DNA from: Candidatus Bathyarchaeia archaeon
GTDB taxonomy: Archaea > Thermoproteota > Bathyarchaeia > Bathyarchaeales > Bathycorpusculaceae
DNA: 64,000 nt
Direction: 5' to 3'
Assembly: GCA_050015395.1 (NCBI GenBank)
Contig: JBEKBM010000001.1
Coordinates: 32,001-96,000 of the forward strand
The notes beneath the pieces were generated by a model. It saw only the letters and a list, made by a program, of their open reading frames with translations, did not search any database and was not told the origin of the DNA. The position numbers and the translations under genes are program-made. Of this stretch, positions 58,738 through 64,000 are shown piece by piece; positions within the stretch are counted from its first letter, which is position 1, and every line of letters starts with the position of its first letter.

Positions 58738-59613
58738 TTAAGGCAAAAGCTCCTTAGCCAACAATGCTGCGACATCACTAGGCTTCTCAGCCACCATCAC
58801 TCCAGCGTTTGTGAATGCTTCAATTTTGCTTTGAGCAGTCCCCTGCTTACCCATTATTATCGCTCCCGCGTGACCCATCCGCTTGCCAGATGGCGCAAAA
58901 CGTCCAGCCACATAAGCCACAATCGGCTTAGGGTAAAGCTTTTTGGCTATGTACTCTGCTGTTAATTCTTCCATGTTACCGCCAATTTCACCAATCAAAA
59001 CCACAGCTTTCGTCTTCGGGTCTTCTTTGAACAGTTCTAAGGCTTCAATAAAATTTAAGCCCACGATTGGGTCACCGCCGACACCAACACAGGTTGATTG
59101 TCCCAAACCCTTGGCTGTGAGCCCAGCGGCTATTTCATAGGTTAAAGTTCCGCTTCTTGAAACCACGCCAATTTCGCCTGGCTTGAAGATGTTGGCTGGC
59201 ATTATTCCAAGTTTGCATTGTCCAGGCGTTATTATTCCACTTGTGTTTGGACCAATAATGGTGACTTGCGACCGATCTGCGTACGCCATTACGCTTATCG
59301 CATCTTTTATCGGCAAATGCTCAGTAACCACAACGATTGTCTTGATTTTGTTAGCGATGGCTTCTAGAACTGCATCTTGGGCGAACGGAGCTGGCACAAA
59401 AATTATTGAAGCATTAGACGAATACGCCTCAACAGTTTCTTTTACGGTATCATAAACTGGGACTCCATTGGCTATTGTTCCGCCTTTGCCTGGAACCACT
59501 CCAGCCACTATTTTAGTTCCGTAATCAAGCATTAGTTTAGTGTGGTAACTGCCTTGTTTCCCAGTGATGCCCTGAACAATCGCCTTTGTGTCAGCATTAA
59601 TTATTATGCCCAT
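58738..59613 (-). CDS. sucD: Succinate-CoA ligase alpha subunit
   Basis: QGITG, IGPN, SRSGTL, GEIGG, RMGHAGA. Confidence 0.94.
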   Translation of the reverse strand: MGIIINADTKAIVQGITGKQGSYHTKLMLDYGTKIVAGVVPGKGGTIANGVPVYDTVKETVEAYSSNASIIFVPAPFAQDAVLEAIANKIKTIVVVTEHLPIKDAISVMAYADRSQVTIIGPNTSGIITPGQCKLGIMPANIFKPGEIGVVSRSGTLTYEIAAGLTAKGLGQSTCVGVGGDPIVGLNFIEALELFKEDPKTKAVVLIGEIGGNMEELTAEYIAKKLYPKPIVAYVAGRFAPSGKRMGHAGAIIMGKQGTAQSKIEAFTNAGVMVAEKPSDVAALLAKELLP

Positions 59614-60752
59614 TACGGTTGCGCTCCCCTGGTAATTTCAACGGCTTGTTTTGCTGCTTCTTCCATGCTGTCAAAAACGCTTATGCCAGCATTAGCGAGA
59701 ATTTTTTGGCCTTCCTGCTGATTTGTGCCTACAAGTCTAACAACCAACGGTTTCTTAACTTTAGCCTCGTTTGCTGCCTCAACAATGCCGCGTGCAACAT
59801 CATCGCAGTGGGTTATTCCTCCAAGGACATTGACTAGTATAACTTTAGCGTCTGGTTCAGCAAAAACAATCTGCAAGGCTGCCGCTATGGCTTCAATGGT
59901 TGCTCCACCGCCTAAATCCAAAAAGTTTGCTGGTTTACCGCCGAAAAAATTCAGCAAATCAAGCGTAGCCATAACCAATCCAGCGCCATTGCCGACCACA
60001 CCTATGTCGCCATCAAGTTTAACGTAAGCCAGATTATTCTTTAAAGCCAAAACCTCTTGCGATGAAAGCGCTTCAACTTGCCTTTCAGCGTATTCTGGAT
60101 GCCTAAACAAGGCATTATCATCAATTACCATTCGAGCGTCTAGGGCAACGAAGTCTCCTGTTTCTGTCTCGGCTAACGGGTTAATCTCAACCAATTCAGC
60201 ATCGTTGTCAATGCAAACTTGGTATAGCTTCTGGATGATAGTTGATAATTTTACAAGTTGATTGCCACTGTAACCTAACTGTTTTGCTATTGCCACGGAG
60301 TCGAAAGAACGCACACCCGACTGCGCGTCAATGAAGGTTCGGATAATTGCCTTTGGTGTTTTACTAGCTATTTCCTCGATTTCTACTCCGCCTGTTGTAG
60401 AGGCTAAGGCAACGTAGCTTCGGTTAAAGCGATCAATCGCAATGCTCAAGTACAATTCCTTGCGGATTGGAAGTTTTTCTTCTATTAGCACCTGCTTAAC
60501 AAGCAAACCTCTTATCCGTGCCCCAAGAAGTTTAACCGCGGCTTCTTCTGCTTCTTTTTCCGATTTGGCAGCTATGATTCCGCCTGCTTTTCCTCTTCCG
60601 CCAACTAAAACTTGCGCTTTCACCATGTAAGGCGGCTTAAGTTTAGCAATTGCTTGGGCTGTTTGATTGAATTTAGCAATCAATGCGCCATTTGGAATAG
60701 AAATATTATGCTTTGAGAACTCTTGTTTTGCTTCATATTCAAATAAATTCAA
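59613..60752 (-). CDS. sucC: Succinate-CoA ligase beta subunit
   Basis: EYEAK, GGRGKAGG, EINPL, NGAGL, NFLDLGGG. Confidence 0.94.
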   Translation of the reverse strand: MNLFEYEAKQEFSKHNISIPNGALIAKFNQTAQAIAKLKPPYMVKAQVLVGGRGKAGGIIAAKSEKEAEEAAVKLLGARIRGLLVKQVLIEEKLPIRKELYLSIAIDRFNRSYVALASTTGGVEIEEIASKTPKAIIRTFIDAQSGVRSFDSVAIAKQLGYSGNQLVKLSTIIQKLYQVCIDNDAELVEINPLAETETGDFVALDARMVIDDNALFRHPEYAERQVEALSSQEVLALKNNLAYVKLDGDIGVVGNGAGLVMATLDLLNFFGGKPANFLDLGGGATIEAIAAALQIVFAEPDAKVILVNVLGGITHCDDVARGIVEAANEAKVKKPLVVRLVGTNQQEGQKILANAGISVFDSMEEAAKQAVEITRGAQP

Positions 60753-60760
60753 AACTGTCC

Positions 60761-61228
60761 CTATTTAATTTCCTCAATCGTGACATAAGAACGTGTATCT
60801 TCGATTCCCTCTATGCCATAGAGTTTCTTTAGAATTTCGTCTAGGTTATCTCGTTCAACAATTATTAATGCATCTACTTCGCCAGCTATGCGGAAGGCTC
60901 TAGAAACGGCAAGCTCACGAATTTGATCATAAACGTGTATTCGTTTAATTGGTGAAACCTTGAGCAGAATAAAGGCTGGAGTAGTGGATACGCCGAGAGC
61001 ATTCAATCCTTTATCAGTAACATCTATGAAGCCTCTGCCAGTTCGAATGTAGCCTCGGTTTTTTAGTTTGCGCAAGTGCACGTTTAACGCTTGCCTACTC
61101 ACTCCCAATTGGCTTGATAACTCGTCTTGCTTAATCCTCAGCGTATAGGTGTTTGTGGATTTCCCCTTCTCATATAGTGTTTTTAAGAGTTGAATTGAAC
61201 GTTTAGTTAATGGCTCCAAATTGGTCAC
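60761..61228 (-). CDS. Lrp/AsnC-like regulator (wHTH + RAM domain)
   Basis: QDELSSQLGVSRQALNVHLRKL; IAGEVD. Confidence 0.8.
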   Translation of the reverse strand: MTNLEPLTKRSIQLLKTLYEKGKSTNTYTLRIKQDELSSQLGVSRQALNVHLRKLKNRGYIRTGRGFIDVTDKGLNALGVSTTPAFILLKVSPIKRIHVYDQIRELAVSRAFRIAGEVDALIIVERDNLDEILKKLYGIEGIEDTRSYVTIEEIK

Positions 61229-61598
61229 TTATGTGATGTTTTTTTAAGTTAAACTTTACAATAATGAAGGTTGCTTAAGAATTTGGTGTTACCAAACCCG
61301 TCAAAAACAGACGCTAATCTACCAAAAATGCAAACGCTCTATAACACTTTAGGGCTTCTTATTTGCAAGATTCTTAATTTGGCTTCTTAAATAGGGTTAT
61401 TAATTTTTTACAAGCACCAAAGAAGAGCTTGTATATTTTGAAATAAACTGTGACACTAGATAACCAAAAAACAGCAACCAGCGGCAACCAATCTGCAAGC
61501 GCCCAGACAGAACATTAAACCTACACCACAACGTATTTATTTTTAAAAAAAGCTTTACTGAAGCCACTTAAAAAGTAAACTAGGAGTGAAGCGAAGAC

Positions 61599-61877
61599 GT
61601 GACTGATACCAACGCTGTCTTAATCGGAAAAAAACCAATAATGAACTATGTACTCGCATGCATCACTTTCTTTCATGGCGGAGCAAAAGAAGTAAGCATA
61701 AAAGCACGGGGAAGAGCCATCAGCCGAGCAATAGACGTAGCCGAAGTTGTTAGGCACAGATTCCTCCCAGACGTAAAAATCAAAAACATAGGCATCGGAA
61801 CAGACAAACTATTACCACAAGAAGAAAGCGACTCACCAATTAACGTTAGCACGATAGAAATAACGTTAACGAGATGA
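61599..61877 (+). CDS. albA: Chromatin protein Alba
   Basis: [30 protein letters not shown]. Confidence 0.96.
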   Translation: MTDTNAVLIGKKPIMNYVLACITFFHGGAKEVSIKARGRAISRAIDVAEVVRHRFLPDVKIKNIGIGTDKLLPQEESDSPINVSTIEITLTR

Positions 61878-61923
61878 ATCATGCAATAGCCAAACTCCTA
61901 TTTGCAGGAAAAACGAAGCACAA

Positions 61924-62433
61924 ATGAAAACGGAACTATGCAGTTTCTGCTTAAAAAGCGGCATTCTATGCCAAAAATGCTCAGCTAAGGTAAAATCTGG
62001 CGAAATCAGTCAGATAGACCTGAAAATAGCCCGTTTACTGCTCTCTTTAGAAGAGAAATATCCTTCCCTGCAAAACGTCTGTTTCTACAAAGCAATTGAA
62101 GTAGAAAAAACCTTAGCCATCATCGTTGGACACGGAGACGTGCCAAGACTTTTAGGTTACAGTGGCAAGATCATCAAAGCCTTAAGCGATGAAACTGGCA
62201 AGAATGTTCGCGTATTAGAGTATGGTGTTGATGACCGCAAATTCCTAGAAGACCTATTCATACCCTTCAGCATACTAACAATCAACACGATTTGGCTTCC
62301 AGATGGAACAACCGAAACCAGAGTTATCCTGAAGCGGAAACGTGGCGCACAGTTGCCTTTTGACCTTAAGGCTTTAAAGGAAATCGCCAGTAAAGTACGT
62401 AAAATGTCCTTACGCGTAGAAATCGCAGATTAA
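61924..62433 (+). CDS. NusA-like KH-domain protein with N-terminal Zn motif
   Basis: CSFCLKSGILCQKC; LLGYSGKIIKAL. Confidence 0.8.
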   Translation: MKTELCSFCLKSGILCQKCSAKVKSGEISQIDLKIARLLLSLEEKYPSLQNVCFYKAIEVEKTLAIIVGHGDVPRLLGYSGKIIKALSDETGKNVRVLEYGVDDRKFLEDLFIPFSILTINTIWLPDGTTETRVILKRKRGAQLPFDLKALKEIASKVRKMSLRVEIAD

Positions 62434-62449
62434 GGATTGGCGAACAAAC

Positions 62450-63769
62450 ATGAACTTGGACTTGATTGATGGATGGATTAGAACCCATTATACCTGTAAC
62501 GTGACACCACAAACAGACGGTCAAGAAGTTACTCTTTTCGGTTGGGTTCAAGAAATCCGCGACCTAGGAGGAATCCGCTTTATTATACTTCAAGACCGAG
62601 AAGGAACAATCCAAATAACCATTCCTAAAAAAAGAATAGCGCCTGAAGTTTTAGGCAAGTCAGACCTTGCACAGAAAAGATTCAGTTTAGCAGTTAGGGG
62701 AACGGTTAAAAAAACAAACATGACGCCAAGAGGCGTCGAAGTAATACCTGTGGAAATCAAAATCTTAAGCGAAGCCACACCTCAACTTCCCATCGATATT
62801 ACAGGGAAAACGCCAGCCAACATAGAAGCACGCTTAGACGCAAGACCGCTGGATCTTTGCCAAGAAAAAAACTTTGCCGTCTTCAAAATCCAGCACATCG
62901 CCCTTGAAGCAATACGAAGCTTCCTATTCCAGAAAGGTTTTTTGGAAGTTCACACTCCACGAATTATTGCTTCTGCAACTGAAGGCGGTGCAGAGCTTTT
63001 CACTGTTGATTATTTTGGTCAAAAAGCGTACCTCGCGCAAAGCCCACAACTCTACAAAGAAGAATTAACGCTAAGCTTTGAGAAAGTCTTTGAGGTTGGA
63101 CCTTTCTTTAGGGCAGAAGAATCGCACACTCGCAGGCACTTAAGCGAGTTCGTTTCCGTTGACATTGAAGAGGCTTTTGCAAACGCTCAAGACGTCATGC
63201 AACTTCTTGAACAAGTCATACATCACGCTTGCACTACAGTAAGGGAGAAGTGTACCAACGAGCTGTCTGCGCTCAAATACAAGTTTGAAATCCCAGAGAT
63301 TCCGTTCAAACGTTTAACCTACGACCAAGTTCTCGGTGACCTCAAAAAGCAAGGAGTAACGATTCCTTGGGGCGAAGACATACCCACGGAAGCCTTCAGA
63401 GAACTAGGCAAACTCTACCCATTCTTCTACTTCATAACAGACTGGCCAACACATGCAAAGGCATTCTACATTAAACCGCGGGGTGACAAGCCTGAACTTT
63501 GCGAAGGTTTCGATTTAATGTGGCGGTACATAGAACTGGTGTCGGGCGGAACGAGAATTTCCCAAAAAGACCAGCTCATCCAAAGGCTGAAAGAGAAAGG
63601 GTTGAACCCTGAATCGTTCAAGTATCACTTGCAAGCGTTCGATTATGGGATGCCGCCTCACGCCGGATGGGCTATTGGGCTTGAGCGGTTAACAATGATT
63701 TTGACTGGGAAAAAGAATATCCGAGAAGTAACGCTTTACCCGCGTGACAGGGTTAGGTTAACGCCATAA
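62450..63769 (+). CDS. aspS: Aspartyl-tRNA synthetase (archaeal type)
   Basis: GWV.EIRDLGG, ATEGGA, LAQSPQLYK, FRAE, RHLSE, GMPPH, GLERL. Confidence 0.96.
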   Translation: MNLDLIDGWIRTHYTCNVTPQTDGQEVTLFGWVQEIRDLGGIRFIILQDREGTIQITIPKKRIAPEVLGKSDLAQKRFSLAVRGTVKKTNMTPRGVEVIPVEIKILSEATPQLPIDITGKTPANIEARLDARPLDLCQEKNFAVFKIQHIALEAIRSFLFQKGFLEVHTPRIIASATEGGAELFTVDYFGQKAYLAQSPQLYKEELTLSFEKVFEVGPFFRAEESHTRRHLSEFVSVDIEEAFANAQDVMQLLEQVIHHACTTVREKCTNELSALKYKFEIPEIPFKRLTYDQVLGDLKKQGVTIPWGEDIPTEAFRELGKLYPFFYFITDWPTHAKAFYIKPRGDKPELCEGFDLMWRYIELVSGGTRISQKDQLIQRLKEKGLNPESFKYHLQAFDYGMPPHAGWAIGLERLTMILTGKKNIREVTLYPRDRVRLTP

Positions 63770-63849
63770 GCCTGTTTGCTTTTGGTTACATTTTTGTGGT
63801 TGTTTTTTGCCACAAATAGCAGGGTAGGTCTATCGGTAGGCGGCTTTGG

Positions 63850-63899
63850 TTAGGGTTTGTTTTGGGTTGCTTTTTTGGTTTAGGGCTTATTTTGGGTTT
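63850..63899 (+). repeat. 30-bp-period G/T-rich duplication (TTAGGGYTTRTTTTGGGTT x2)
   Basis: Direct reading downstream of aspS. Confidence 0.6.
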
Positions 63900-64000
63900 A
63901 GGTTGAAATGTGAAAAAGGCGAAAAGTTAGAAAATTATGAAGTCTTTTTGGGGCATAGTTGAGTTTTCGCATTTCATCTGGGGCTGTAGATGCTACTTGA

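Overview
Archaeal chromosomal segment, most consistent with Bathyarchaeia/TACK. This is an inference from TFB, Alba, L7Ae/S28e/L24e/L40e, an Elf1-like protein, archease/RtcB, Mtd, type I GAPDH and frequent TTG/GTG starts. Left to right: (1) an oxidative/general-stress region (ferredoxin:disulfide reductase, Nth, Prx, HtrA, ferritin-like protein, flavodoxin) ending in a tandem array of five KGG/Em(GsiB)-like hydrophilin genes, one decayed copy and a hidden DUF2795 gene, with a conserved palindrome beside three promoters; (2) glycogen/glycolysis genes (GT4s, GH57, gap, pgk) and a decayed FBP aldolase/phosphatase; (3) hypA/mrp, EndoQ and TldD/PmbA; (4) a VapBC module between tRNA-Gly and a degenerate tRNA 3' repeat; (5) RtcB/archease/adk; (6) F420-dependent Mtd next to an NAD(P)-type MtdB-like dehydrogenase with an extra N-terminal domain; (7) a complete DapL-type lysine operon; (8) ribosomal/TFB genes, sucCD, Alba and AspRS. 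The window has two tRNAs (intron-containing Arg-CCG; Gly-TCC) and a family of dispersed non-coding repeats, one copy MITE-like. All family calls come from motif recognition by eye; no database search was run.
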